Shown here: positions 37,744 through 53,979 of the stretch, piece by piece | Position numbering within the stretch: the first letter of the stretch is position 1 | Layout of the letters: every line of letters starts with the position of its first letter | Source of the DNA: the human T2T-CHM13v2.0 reference genome, Homo sapiens | Reading direction: 5' to 3' (one strand) | DNA: 64,000 nt | Assembly: GCF_009914755.1 (NCBI RefSeq) | Contig: NC_060934.1 | Notes under the pieces: model-generated | What the model was told of the DNA's origin: nothing | The model's input: the letters and a program-made list of their open reading frames with translations, nothing else | Databases searched by the model: none | Position numbers and translations under genes: made by a program

Positions 37744-39393
37744 AGGAGTGAGCCATCAGTGATGGAGAGGCCAGCATGATGCTCACTATGACCTAAGAAC
37801 ATATGGAACCAGCCAGAGCAGCCAAATGAAAAAGCAGCCCTCCACACTGCTGACAATTAAGTAACCAGTTACCCAAGAAGATCCCTTTTCCCTGGAAGTG
37901 TTAGGTCTCCAAAGGAAGTAGGGTCATCTCAAACCAAATATCCCCTCCACCTCCTGTCCCACTCCCATTTAAAGAGAAGACCACGCTACCTCCCCATTCC
38001 AAGTTCCTTGAGCCACCCATCGAGGGTGAAGTAAGATTGGGCGAGTGCTTTCGAGAGGATATAAATTGAACTTTGTAAGCCTGAACAGATATGTATGTGT
38101 TTTAATTCCAGTGTGCTCAGAATATTATGAAACCTGTTGAAGATATTGTTAAGGGATGTGTCTACCATAAACCCTCTTAAAGAAAAAACAGAAAAATCTG
38201 TAGATCAAGTGAAAAGAAGTTTATTAGATCTGCAGAGTCTTAGTGGTACCTTAAAGTGAGGGAATGAGGAAAAGGTGCTGGGACCTTGGTTGGTTGTTTT
38301 AAGGTAGATATTGCAAGGCAGGGGTGGGAGTAACTGGATGAGCTTGGGCAGTGTGACATAATAGCTTTGATCAGTTTAAAGCAAGGTTAGGGGCTTGAAG
38401 TGAATCCTCTGAGGAAGTTGCTAGTCTTAATCTGTAAACTGTTTAGTTGACAGCTCACCTTCTAGAACTGGTTTATAGTACTCTCTTTCAGAACAGTCCT
38501 CTTCTAGATCAAGCAGCCATGTTATTTTGCTTGGTCTCAGTATTGTTGAACACAGGGAGAGAGAATTATTCCTGATCTCAGTACTGTTTTAACACAGGGA
38601 CAAGAAATTATAAGAATTTTAGCTCTCAAATGAGAACAGCAGATTTGCCCAAATCAGTGCTAAAAGTGGTGATTGGACAAAAATAAAGCTCTTTTACATT
38701 TATACCCCCACTTCACTGAGGCTTTGAGATAAATAAATTACATTATTACCTTTATTTGGAATTGGAAGCTCAAAGAAGTTAAAAAATTGTCCAAGATCAC
38801 AAAATGAATGAGTGGAGGAGTCAGAATTCAAACTCAGCTCTGTGTAAGGATAATCTGGATGAGATATTTGCTGCCCCGTTGATTACCTGTGTTGGTACGA
38901 TCTAACTTTAAAGTCTTCCCTTCTCATCTCCCCCCACACCCACTACTCCAAGGAAAACTTAACCTTTTTTCTTAGCAGAGCTTTGATACAATTTATTTTT
39001 CTGTTAAGGGCTTAAAACAAAAACATGCCCTTGGCATGAAGCATGTTGGTACTTAATTACATACTCTCTTCCATAGTTCTTTGTCTCTTCTTTTCAAAAA
39101 TATTGAGAAAAGCTGGAAGTGCTTCTTACACTTCTTTTGTATCTCCCAGCACTTAGAAATGCTAAGCACAGAGTAGAGGCCCAAATACTCCATTTAACTG
39201 GACTGAATATTTGCCAGTCCTCCAGTAACAATGTCTCCACTACAGAATTTTAGCTACTATTTAAGGCACAGTTGCTCTGCCAAATATTTGTTGTGAAGAA
39301 TAAGCAAATATTTCCCAAAATGTTCAGGCAAGCATATTACCACTGCAAACACGTTTTTCACTGTGAAGTTTTTCTCTTATTTTCATATTTATA

Positions 39394-39398
<5 letters not shown>

Positions 39399-39434
<36 letters not shown>
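39399..39434. repeat. (TG)n microsatellite
   Basis: About 18 TG units. Confidence 0.95.
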
Positions 39435-39438
<4 letters not shown>

Positions 39439-42399
39439 ATATAGCAGTGTCTCAACTGCATCAGAAATAAAGATAAGACTACAGAAACAGAACAATTGGC
39501 ATTTCAGTTCTATGTGTTAAAGATGGTTGTTTCAATCCCCTGACCGTAAAAACAAAGACAGTGACTCAGGAAATAGTGGAGATTGTCCTCATATATGTTT
39601 TTATTTAAAAAAAAATTCATCTCTTATATCACAGGGTATGGAATAGAAGTGGAGAAAGGTGGAGGGCATTTGTTTTCCTGAGAACGTTCTCTATAACCTT
39701 CCTGACCTCCACAGGCCACCTTCAGACTGCCCTTCTCTTATTCTTTAGCGCTACCACAAAGGGTCATGTAACTTGATTTTTCAGTTGGATAAAAATATTA
39801 GCAAGTGGGGACCTTACACAATGTTATTTCCTTAGGTTCCCACATTCATCTAAGGAGAGCCAGAGCTACCGCCATTTTGATTAAAATGATTCGCTTTCAA
39901 TAAGATTCTAAATTGTTTTAAGATGGTGGAACTGAGCACAGGTGGCCAGTGGTCACTGAGTGCTTTCAGTGGTTTAGACGATTCAGGAAACAGTGACAGA
40001 CTCTACTGTCACCAGTTGGGTGGGGATCATGGTCTGTGTTTTCTTTGGGAAGGCAGAGAAGCAGGTAGAGGTGGCTTTAACCACTAGTAGTCAGTGTGTC
40101 GTCCCTGGTAAATACGTCGATACAAAAGGGATATACACATTTCAGACTCGAAAAGCCATCTGTTCTATGCTTCCAGTGAAGATCAACTAGCAGAGTGAAA
40201 TGGAAAACGAGGCAATTACTCTAGGCACAAATGCCTTGATTTGAAATTACCTAGATCATGTATGCTTGGTATTTTTGTGGTTGTCACTGAAACTAAAGCA
40301 ATTCTCTGAATTATTTAGCAAACAACTTTATCCATTCGACTAAGTTAATAGACTCAATGTCAAACATCCAGGACATTCATAAAATATCCAGCTTTGCACG
40401 AGGATAATTTTCAAACCTTTGAGCCTGCAATGGGAATAGATTCTTCTACCTTGTGAGTGAAGTGTGCAGCCCTGCTGCTCAGAGGGGACCCCTCACCCCT
40501 CCTCCCTACTACCTCTTAAGTCTTCTCTTTTCTTTAGTCTTTTCTCCACCCACCCTCTCCTTCCTACACAAACTTATTTTGCTTTTCCTAGTTCAGAACG
40601 CTCTGAGTTATGTAGACAAAACATTTTATTGTTTGATTAAAAAAACTTTTATTCAACGTCACATTCAAGTTACTGCCTACAAAGTTGTTATAGTTTTTCC
40701 TTACATATTTATACCACCTTTGGAGCTTCTATGTCTAAACTATATCCTTTAAGGAAATAAATTAAAATGAATTTCCCTGAATGGGCTTTGAGTGAGCAAG
40801 AACTTGTTATTGCAGAACCTCTAGGCCACTTGACTGTCACAACCTCCTCAGGTGGGATGGCTAAGAATGTTTAAATACAGAAGCTCTGCAGAGAAATTTC
40901 CTCTAACCATTTGATGCCTAAGAAAGAACAAACACCTAGTGTCTAAAGAATGTTACCTGTCCTTCAGCTCTTATCTCTGTTTGGTTTTCAGGGAGTTGGC
41001 TTCCAGCCTGATAACAGATCTCGCCCTTACCTCGTGACCTAGCCTTCTGGTACCAGGTCCCTGTTTTGTGCCTTCTCAGTGCCCACTTTCTCCTTTTGTC
41101 TTCTTGTTTTGACCTTGGTTCGTTAACCTCATTAACTCAGGCTACACAAACCTCTAGCAGAGGCCAGGCACACCCCTCAAGCATGACGCTGCCCCTCCTG
41201 GTCTGGCTGCTGGAGCCCTGCTAACTGGGAACAGACACCCTCCCTTGGTTCCATCTTCCTCAGTAAACCAGAGTTGAGTTCAAGTAGGTTAAAGCATTAC
41301 ATTTGTAAATTTGTAAAGGATCAAGTTGTGAAAAGAACGGCAATCTTGTTCTTGGAGACTTTATTAGCCAGTAAATGGAATATGATACATTTATAGGAGT
41401 GAAGACCCAAGCTTTCTGAACTTCATTGAGCCAGAAAGATGTGTTTTATTTCATGGAGTTTATGGAATGACTACAGCATAGGTGAGCTTTTACACAGCAC
41501 CACATTGACTTGAGGTAATCATAAAATAAAAATGGGCAAGGAGACCCTTCAGGTCGAAGTATAATTTATATATACATTTACCCAATCCAATGCAAAGACC
41601 CCATACCATATGCTTTTAATTTTTGGTTAAATTTTTAAGCTCTTTTGTTTGCTTTTTTGATGTAAAAGAAGTATGATTAACCTTTTTTTTTAAAAAAAAG
41701 ATACTTGCTGCTTTCCATAAAACTTGTATTATAATAAAATGCACTGACTACTGTAACACTCATATCAGCAAAAAGTGACACAAGATAGCATTAAAAAGTC
41801 CTTCACTGTGACAAAATAAATCAGAATTGTGTGGTAAACCCTTTACAGCTTGTTATCATTTTGCTAAGAAAATAGAGCTACTGGCAACTTTTATATGGCG
41901 AAGCTGAACATAGGCTAGAAAGGTTTTCCAGATGATGCTAAAATCCTCAGCTATATTGACGTAGGTCTTCTGTTTCTTGTTATGTCATGAATTTTGGAAA
42001 ATAAACCTTCTGAGAGGGAAAAGGTAAACATTTTAGGACCAGAATGAACTAGCATAAACTATCAAGAACAAATAGGGTGTATAAATAGCAGGGTTAGAGA
42101 ATTGTTAGATTGATGATTGATTGATAGATAGAGAGAGAGAGAAGTTTCTTGTTAATTTTGAATGTTTTTTTACATTTATCATAAGCCAGAAAATTAGCTC
42201 AGTTAGTTAGTTGAAAGGAAGGGCACAAAGTAATTTAGGTGGTTGATTTTTTAAAAATACTTGTTAATTTTTTTATTTTTCAAGTGCTTTTTCCATTTAG
42301 AATGGCAAAGACAAAGATGATACCACTTCATTTATTTCTATTCTCATTGTGCATTCTCAGCACACATGAGCCAAACAAATCAAGTCACACACACACAGC

Positions 42400-43230
42400 A
42401 TGACAGTCTCTCTGACTCCCTCCTATGTCTTGCCAAAGAAATGATAGTCAAGAGTTGGATGTGCATTCTTTCAGTCTTTTCTATGGATTTCACACATATG
42501 TTTACAAACCTGTACATATATTGTTTACATAAATAAGATCATAATTTATCTGTTGTGCTTCAGCCTGTTTTTCACTCAATATGCCATGAGCTCTTTTTAA
42601 ACACGTCACCTTTTTTGTTTTTTTTAAACTGGCTACATAGAATTTCATAGCGTGGTTATGTCATATTTCAGTTTCCTATTTTACTACATTTATTTTCAGG
42701 GTTTCACTGTTATAAAAGTGCTACAATGAATATTCTTGTATATTACTTTTAAAAAAGTGACAGTGTTTCTCTGGGATAGCTTCCCAGAAATGGAATTGCT
42801 GAGTCAAATAGTAAGCCTTTTTAAAGTGTTATAGGTTTTACTAAATTGCCTTCCAAAAAGCTTATTTATCTTTTCATTAAATATATAAGCATACCTATTT
42901 TCTCACATCCTTGAAAGCTCCTGACATTATAAACATTTTTGTTTTATCTTTCTAGCTGTGGAAGTGGAGATTTATATTTCATTATTGTTCTAATATTTAT
43001 TTACTTAATTATATGGTCAATTGTGTGTTTATTTCTTTATTTACTAATTATGTTTTTTCCTGAATTGCCTATTCCATTTTTTATACATTTTTCTTTGGGG
43101 TTGTTTGTTTTTTCTTTGGTGACTTGTTGATACTTTTTACGTATTTTGGATATTAAGTCTCTGTTAAATATGTGGCAGATATTTTCTTCCAGTCTGTTGC
43201 TTTTTTTTGAGCTTTATTTCTGAATCCTGT
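42400..43230 (-). mobile_element. old L1ME-type 3' fragment
   Basis: 'tgctacaatgaatattcttgta', 'cccagaaatggaattgctgagtcaaa', 'taaattgccttccaaaa', 'gcagatattttcttccagtctgt'. Confidence 0.6.
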
Positions 43231-43508
43231 TTTAGCGTGTAACAATATTGCTAGCACTTAAAATTTCAATAAAGCAGCCAGCTAACTATTCGTTCAGTTC
43301 ACAAATTATTTAATTAGTTTTCATTTTACTTATTCAGTTCCACATTAATTATTATTTAAATAATTTTAAAACATAAGCTTGAATTTTATTTATTTTATTC
43401 TGAGTTGACAAAAAGTACTTATAACTTTTTTCTCTTTATTTTAAATGTTTCCCTCCCTTTAGAATGCTATTTCGCATTATCACCTTCATCTCTTAAATTA
43501 TATCCTTC

Positions 43509-43863
<355 letters not shown>

Positions 43864-43903
43864 TGAAAAGGTACCCCAAATATGAAAAGTTTACTTTAGC
43901 ACC

Positions 43904-44456
43904 TGTGGCACACAGACCCTAAAGTGACCCCCAATGAACTCTGCTTTTTGGTGTCCACTCCCTTGTATAACTCCCTCCCTTTGAGTGTGGGCAGGTCCTG
44001 TGACTTGTTTCTAACTATTAGGACACAACAGTGGTGATGGGCTGTCATTCCCATGATTACATCACATTATATAAGGCTCCAACTCACTAGCTCTCACTCT
44101 CATGCTGCTCATGAAGAAATAAGCTGGAATGGTATGAGCTGCCATGGAGAGGTCCATGTGGTAGGGAACAGTGGGTGGCCTCTACAACCTGAGGGCCTCA
44201 GTCCTGCAACCACAAGGGGATGAATTTTGCCAACAATCTGAAGGAGCTTGGAAGCAGATTTTTCCTCAGTCGGATCTCCAGATAAGAATGCAGCTTAGCC
44301 AATACCTTGATTGTAGCCTTGTGAAACTCTTAACAGAGGATCCAGATAAGCTATGCACAGACCCCTGAACCACAGATGCTTTAAGGTAGTAAATGTGTAT
44401 TGTTTTAGCTGCTAAGTCTGCAGTAGTTTGTTACACAGCAATAGATAACTAATATA
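43904..44456 (+). mobile_element. MLT1E/F-family solo LTR
   Basis: TG...(TA) ends; 'ctccctttgagtgtgggcagg..tgtgacttg'; 3' 'tttgttacacagcaatagataactaata'; perfect 5-bp TSD GCACC at 43899-43903 and 44457-44461. Confidence 0.85.
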
Positions 44457-44867
44457 GCACCCACATTTGAAATATACATAGACATCATTAGGAACAAAAA
44501 TAGTATGGACTAGAGATTGAAGTATTAGTTCTTTGGCACTATAATCATGTTAGAAAAATGTGCTATGGAGTAATACATATAATACTATATGATACAGAAA
44601 ATGCTCATGTTTTTCTAGCTCTTAAAATGTAGTCTCAATATTTTACTATTATATTATTACTGTAATAGAGAAAATCATTAGAAACTGGGGAAAACTATTA
44701 GATCAAGCTTTAAAACTCCTAGAACTATATTGCATAAAACACCTAGCATAATTAATTATGAGTCTGGTTATTGGTATTTTACCTGTGCAGACACTGAAAC
44801 AAATACAGCATCTACTCTAGAGCTTTTAAACACACAGTTACTTATATGTTTCATAAATGAAGATCTA

Positions 44868-46534
<1,667 letters not shown>

Positions 46535-48154
46535 AAGTGAGAAAACAAAACCTTCTGTTCAGGAGGAATTTCTGAGTCTTCCATCACCATCCTTTCTCTG
46601 CCTTCCCCCTTCCCCCTATTTGCTGTGGTCACTTCTGTGATTGTCTTTTATTTCACATTGTCGTTCTTTCCCTTTCTTCACTTTTTCCTTTTGCTCATCA
46701 TTTATGTAATCCGTACAATGAGGTACTACTTTTTTTTTAGGGTATTGACTAAGGATTCAGCTTTAAAAAATGTATTATCAAATAATTATTTGGTCAGACT
46801 CAGTAGTTTTTCAGATTCAGCATGGTAAAAAGTTTGATTGCTAAACTGCTCAAAGATAAATGACTTTATTTCCTTCGTGCTCTGCAGACTCCCCTGAGAC
46901 ATGTATTCTGGTTCCTGGCTGTGTCCCTTTGCAGTTGCTTGAGTATAGTGCATGTTTATTTCAAGCTTAATAATCATTGCCTTTTCCCAGCCTCCGTTCT
47001 TGTCAGTTTTGATATGAGGCTTCTTTTCTATAGAAAGGTCTAGCCAGTGACTCCCATGCCACTTGACATCTTGGTCCTCACCATTTCCAGCTTTACCCAT
47101 GTTTGCAGGTATCTGAATAAATTTCCAGCTCATTTTCCAAACTTCACACAGCACTTTTCACTTTCTACTTTGCTTCATACTCTGTACCTGTCTTATCTTC
47201 TGTTATTAGAAGGCAGAATCCCATACTGCTGAGGACTGTGCTTTGCAAATAATAGGCCCTGGATAGATGACTAAGTGAATGAAAAATTATTAGAATTTTT
47301 AAAGCATAGTTAATATGCTTTAATATGGATTTTGGATTTCAGAAATTGGTGGAATTATAAGAAACAATGGGGAGGGGCCTTAGAATTGCCAGTTTTAAAT
47401 GTTGCTAAGTAAATTTAGACAATCATTTACTATCATCATTATTTCATAAAATGCAGTGCAAAACAAAAATAGGGTTTATAAATGAAGTTCAACATGCACA
47501 AACAAAATTCAGAGGACATAATGTCAGGATAAAAGATTGATCTTTTCTTAAAATTGATAGATCAACTTTAAAATGACTAGTTTACTCTGTTGTCCTCTTT
47601 TCTCATTTTGCAGCAGACATCTGAAATCTTCGTATTGTACTAGCAGAGTCTATATGTTTTAAAAATCACTGAGCTAGTCTAATCTTTCACTCGATACAAT
47701 TATCCTCTTTAAACCATCGTAGGTAAGATCTGCTTGTAGCATATCCAACTGTTGGAAAGCTTCCTGTCTCTTGCATGTGACTAGTAGTGGGTGGGAGAGA
47801 ACCAGGTGGACAGATTCATGTAGCCATCATCATTATTTGATACAGAGCTGTTCCATCACCACAGAGAAACTCGCTGAGGTACCTCTTTACATTGTATGTT
47901 TTAAATCATTTATTTTATTCAAATAGAGTCATCGTAAACATATTCATTTAAACTCAGAAGGTGGTGGATGGGATTTTCTGAGAGGTGGAAGGCAGGCTTT
48001 GAGCCACAGAGAGCCACTCTAACATTTGAAGATTCTGGTGATGATGCTGACTGCCTGGCCACCTAAGAGGAAGAAAGGTTTACCAACCCATCTCTCAGGC
48101 TCACAGTCCATCTCCCATCACCTTTCCCCCTTTTAATACCCTTTCCCCAGCTTT

Positions 48155-48760
48155 TTTATCCAATAAACCTTTACTGGGCACTATTATGTCTCTATAAACT
48201 TAGAAGCTAGGAATGAAAAGATGGAAAATGAAATCCCTGCCATCCACGATTTTCAATTGAGTAACAAGACAGAGACCTACACAATGAACCACATGTAAGG
48301 AAAGGGATGCAGTGCTACAGAAGCATTGAGAAAGCAACTGATTGCGACAGGACAATTTTTACACATGAAGTGACATCTGAGCTGTTCCTTGGAAGAAAAG
48401 GGAGAATCAGGAGAAAGGGCGTTTAAGCAGCAGAAACAAAGGCTATAAACACTGGGAGTCAGGAGCATGCCCTGCAAGCATGGCCAGTGGTCTCCTGCAT
48501 CAGAACAGAGGGTTATGGGAGGGAATGTGGCTGGAGAGATAGGTGGGAGCTGGATCACAAAGGGCAACAAACGCCTTGCCAAGGAGTTGGGGCTAAGCAG
48601 TTGGAGACCATCAAAAGATTTTAAGTAGGGATGTGATATAATCACATTTTTCCCCTAAAAATAAAGACAATAAAGACCATTCTGGAGTTAGTGTGGAGAA
48701 TGGATTAGAAGGGTGAAAGACTGGAAACTGGAAGATCACTTCAGAGGCTGACTTTCACAA
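48155..48760 (-). mobile_element. LINE-2 3' fragment
   Basis: 'aagtgacatctgagctg', 'gatcacaaagggc..ttgccaaggagttgg', 'gattttaagtagggatgtgatataatc', 'gtgtggagaatggattaga'. Confidence 0.7.
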
Positions 48761-50975
48761 TAGCCTCTTCCCTCTAGGAAATAAACTCATCTACCTCCTG
48801 GTGAGGTTCAAATTAGGAATAAACGGGTGAGTTCTTTTTTTTTTCTTATGAAAAACTAAAGATGAAAGTGGAGATGCCTCACTACAACTAGTGCTTTAAT
48901 TGCAATTTCTTACAGAAAGGACAGTTCTAAAACCTGCAAGTAACTTAAATTTGATTTTTTTGTCACATAACTTTTGCTGGGACCTCTTGTATTCAAGCAT
49001 CTTCATGGGCACTTGGGAGAAAATACTCAAATGCCAAGTGAGAATCTAATAAAATTATTCTTTTTTGCAGTAAAAATAGCACTTCACTAAAGTGCTGAAT
49101 GATTATTTTTAAGCAGCAGAAAAAAAAATGGAGAAGGAATCCTTTAGTTTCAGCTGGAAAACCTGACTGTTGTTACTTTTCTACTACTCAATAGCATTGA
49201 GTTTTCTTGCATTTATTTGCATCTACCTCTCCAGCTGAGCCACAATAAAAAGCACCCACCTCAAATACCTAGCACTAATGGCTTAATTTGACAATTTGTA
49301 TATGCTATTCTTTTATTACCCTTTAGGACCTTAATAATTAGTTTTTCTTTAGTGCAGTATTAAAGCATTAAAGGTCATAAATTCCACAGTCACCTGTATC
49401 CATTTATTGCTAATTTATTATAGAACATATCATAAAACTTTCCTTGACATATAGGCCTCTTCATAATTATAAATCTTTTTTCAACTGTTTAGATAACTTA
49501 TGCTTAAGTTCAAGAAGAGACCTTTAGGAGCAAATATTTAAAACATCTATTTATTACACATTAATGGAGCAGGGTGGATAACCATGTGAAGTATTCATTT
49601 ACATTCAGTATATTTATCACTTCAAACTCTTATAAAGATAAATTTGTTTTCAAGAGGGAAAAATGTTAAATGTCAAGTAGCCGTTTTCTTAAGTGCTTTA
49701 AAATGTCCAGCTGAATAAAGCCATCTTTCTAGTTAGGATAGAACACCAAAAAGATTTCCAATGAGATTAAATTTGTCACTAGTAACCTCAGTTAAGCGTA
49801 AAAACTTTGCAAACTTGATAGTTGTCTCTTCAGATGGCAAATGTATCATCTTAGTTGATAGAGAGGTTGTTTCCTCTGTTTCAACTATGGAAATAACATG
49901 TTGTAAAAAACTCAGTTTCTGAATGAATTTACCTTACTGCTAAAACTTCTGTATGGATGCGTATTTGTGGCACACATATATTCAAAAAGGGAGAGGAGAA
50001 AATCAACTTGCTGGAAAATCCATTTGTTGAATGAGTAATTTGCTGAAAATCACATTGCTTCCATTAATGTTGTCTAATATAATCAGTAACGATGATGCAT
50101 GAGATAGTTGCAACACTCATAGGGACTCTTTTCTTGAAGCTTTCATTGAGCTTCAGTTTTCTGCAGCCCAGTGGTTAGCCAAGCTAGACTATCACAGGTT
50201 TTATCATACTCTGACTTTGGGAAATCAAAAATTTTAAAGTAAATATTTTCAACTACAAATGTATTGAATGTCTTATGATATATAAACAATGGGATGGGTT
50301 TTTTTCCAACATATTTTTAGTCCAGCCTTCTGCACTTTCTTAATTTACCAATTAATCAACCCAATTCAATATGAACATTTGTACACATTTTAAACATTTG
50401 AGAAGTGCCCAATGTCTCAAATAGTAAATGCACATGAACTTAACATTTTACTGAACTGACAAGTCCACTACAAATGACTAGAGTGAAAAGAATACAGCAG
50501 AACTAAAGCTGAACTAAAACCAACACTTTGATAACTATTGAACAGTTCAGCCACACAATTTGCTGAAATCTTGCTTTCTAACCGGGGCTATGTCTTCTTG
50601 ATAGCATGTTCTACATGCAGCAGTGAAATGAAGATTCTGAGAAGGGATTACCATACCTACTGTAAATAGAACTTCAAATTTGAAATACATTAGCCATAAA
50701 GAATTATGCAAGAAAGAGTAAAATTGTTGCAAATCCCTGAGGAATGCAATAAGATGAATAAAGACACAAATGTAAAATAACTAGAAAGATACAGGAGCTA
50801 CCATATTGCAAATTAAATTCTGGCCTCTAACTTATTAAAAACAATAAGTTGAAGTTGCTATACCACTTGGGAAATTGGTGAAATAATCTTAAAAAATGCT
50901 TCTTTAGCATTTTCAACAGACTCTTTGTCTGTTGAAACAGAAAATGGCATAAAAATCATTTTGAAAAATTGGTAG

Positions 50976-51359
50976 TGTATTAGTCTGCTTAGGATGCCAT
51001 AAGAGAATACTACAGACTGGGTGGCTCAAACAACAATTTATTTTCTTGTAGTTCCTGGAGGCTGGAAGTCCAAGTTCAAGGTGCCAGCAGGGTTGGTTCC
51101 TGGTGACACCTCCCATGCAGCCTTGTGAATGGTCTGCTTTCTCTGTCTCCTTACGTGGTCTTTCCTCTCTGTGTGAGCATTTCTGATGTGTCTTCAACAT
51201 CTTGTAAGGATTCCAGTTCTAGTAAATTAGAGCCCCCCATCCTTTTGAGCTCATCTAACCTTAATTACCTTCTTAAAGGCCCTGTCTTCAAATACAGTCA
51301 CCTTGGGGATTGGAGCGTCAACATACAGATTTGGTGGAGACACAGTTCAGTTCATAACA
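50976..51359 (-). mobile_element. MLT1A0/B-like solo LTR
   Basis: tgtattagtctgc..cagactgggtggctcaaacaac..ggaggctggaagtccaag..gacacagttcagttcataaca. Confidence 0.85.
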
Positions 51360-52074
51360 GTATGAACTACAAATTTCCTGTGTAAATTAAAAGTCATAAA
51401 TCCTGCAGTTACCTGTATCTATGTACTGATTTATTATGAATTGCTGAAAATTTTGGTTCCTTTTCTGAATATTAAATATTATTCGTAAGACTGAATAGTT
51501 TTATGATCTCTAGCTTTTGACAAATTTAACTCTCCTGTTAAGCTATAAAAAACATCTCTGATAAATCATCATCCCCGTGATTAATTTACATAAACTTTAT
51601 GCTAGGCAAAATCATCAAATTTCAAGTAATTTTAGTAAATTTTATAAATTTGGCAAATTGGTGATTCAGAGACTTTTTATTATTTATAAATTATTCAGCC
51701 ATAGAAAAACATGCTAGGAATAGTCATACCCTCACCAGTATCACAATTGGCAGTAGAAAGGTCTTGCATGTGGTGATGACAAGCTAGAAGAGGTCTCCAG
51801 AATTCTTTGGATATCATTTTAAATATCCCTAAGGGCTGGGTGGTCCTAAGACTATAAAAGAATGCAAGATTTCATCAGGTCAGATAGAAAATACATTTGC
51901 AAATCTAAGGCCTTCATCAGAGCCAAAGGTCTTTAGAATTCGACACATCCTAAAAGTCAAAGAAACGCAAAATTCAAGCAAGGGTTCAAACTGGGTAAGA
52001 GTTACAGGCCTCTGTGGGTAGACAAAGAACTAGGCAATGTGAACTCTGAGACCAACTACTTTCACATTAAAAAA

Positions 52075-53915
52075 CTTAATAGCCTTTTTGATATATAGTT
52101 CTCTTACCATATAATTCATCCATTTGAAATATACAATTTAGTGGTTGTTAGTATATTCACAGATATATGCTATCATCACTACAGTCAGTTTTAGAACATT
52201 TTCACCTCAAAAAGAAATCCTATACCCTATAGCTACCAGTCCCCTATCACTGCATCTTTCTCCCCCCAGCCGTAAGTCACCACTAATCTACTTTCTGTCT
52301 CTATAAACTTTCCTGCTCCGGACCTTCAAATGAATGAAGTCATATAATATGTGGTCTTGTGTAACTAACTTATTTCACTAAGTGCGTTTTCAAGGTTCAT
52401 CTATGTTGTAGCACATATCAATACTTCATTTTTCTTCTGGCTTCTTTTAAGATTTATTTATCTTTGGCTTTCTGCAGTTTCAATATGATATGCCTAGGTG
52501 TATTCTTTTTGGCATGTATTCTGCCTGGTGTACTTGGAACTCCCTGGATCTGTAGTTTGGTGTCCGACATTAATTTAAGGAAATTCACAGTCATTATTGC
52601 CTCAAATATTTCTTCCGTTCCTTCCTTTCTTCTCCTTCTGCTATTCCCGTCATGCACATCATGCACATGTTACATTGATAGTTGTCCTACCATCCTTTGA
52701 TATTCTATTCCATTTTTTTCAGTCTTCTTTGCCTTTGCTCTTCAATTTTGAAAGTTTCTATTGACACATCCTCAAGCTCAGAGACTCTGCTTAGCCATGT
52801 CCGGTCTACTAATGAGCCCATCAAAAGCATTCTTCACTTCTGTCACAGTATTTTGCTCTGTATCATTTCTTTTTTATTCTTTCCTAGAACTTCCGTCTCT
52901 CTGATTACGTTATCCACATATTCTTGTGTGTTGTCTACTTTTTCCATTAGAGCCCTTAGTATATTAATCATAATTGTCTTAAATTTCCAGGCTGATAATT
53001 CTGACATTCTTGCCATATTTGAGTCTGGTTTTGATGTTTGCTCTTTCCCTTCAAACTATGTTTTTGTTTTGTTTTGTTTTGTTTTTTGTCTTTTAGTATG
53101 CCTTGCAATTTTTGAAAGCTAGAGATAATGTACTGGGTACAAGGAACTGCAGTAAATAGGCCTTTAGTAATGTGATAGTATGGTGTGGAGGGGAGAGAAA
53201 GCATTCTATAGTACCATGTATGATTCAGCATTGGTCTTTTAGTGAGCCTGGGTCCCTGGGCTGTGAACTTCACAAATGCTTCCCAGTAACCCTGCCAAAC
53301 TTCCCCCGCCATAGTGCCATAGAGGGGGCTGGAGTTGGGCATTTCTCTACACCTAGGTTGGTTAGGCTCTGGTAAAATAGTTTCTTTTCAGGGCAGGTCT
53401 TATTAAGAAGAACAGAGTGCTCTGCATACTCCAAAACAGTTCCTTTTCTCCTCCCCCTGCCAGAAGCATGAGGGGTTTTTTCTCTATCTCCACTGTTAGA
53501 ACCTGGAAACCAGTTTCTGGTTAGAACCTGGGAATCAGGTTCAGGTTAGAACCAGAAACCAGAAGTTTGTTCATGAGTTTTTAGAGTCAAATAATATTCC
53601 ATTGTATGCCACATTTTGTTTATCCATTTGCGTATTGACAAGCATTTGGGTTGTTTCCACCTTTTGAATATTCTGAATAATACTGTTATAAACATTCATG
53701 TGTAAGTTTCTACGTGAACATATGTGTTCATTTCTCTTGGGTATATACCTAGTAGTGGAATTGCTAGGTCATATGATGACTCTACATCTAATCATTTAAG
53801 GAATGACTGAACTATTTTTCAAAGTGGCTGCACCATTTTACCTTCCCACCAGCAATGTATGAGACAGTTCTAATTTCTACATATCCTCATCAATACTTGT
53901 TGTTACCAAACTTTT
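52075..53915 (-). mobile_element. L1MB-type 3' end, interrupted at about 52430-53570
   Basis: 'ccactaatctactttctgtctctata' and 'caaggttcatctatgttgtagca'; resumes at 'aataatattccattgtatg..gggtatatacctagtagtggaattgct'. Confidence 0.75.
52430..53505 (-). mobile_element. old L1 (L1M/L1MC-type) 5'/ORF1 fragment
   Basis: Minus ORF 52454-52666 EIFEAIMTVNFLKL..QIQ..TPGRI..TPRHIILKL resembles L1 ORF1p (IIQENFPNL..QIQEIQRTP.R..TPRHII); no 3'UTR or poly(A). Confidence 0.7.
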
Positions 53916-53979
53916 TGATTTTTTAAATTATTGTAATTGTGATAAACTACATGCCACATAAGTTTTGCCATATTAAGCA

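Noticed and set aside
38535-38610. 41-bp period duplication (tctcagta.tgtt..aacacaggga)
   Set aside because: Probably internal to an old LTR-like element (about 38170-38620) that I could not assign confidently.
41430-41487. Possible CASC2 exon ending TAG|GTGAGC
   Set aside because: Good donor but no convincing upstream acceptor.
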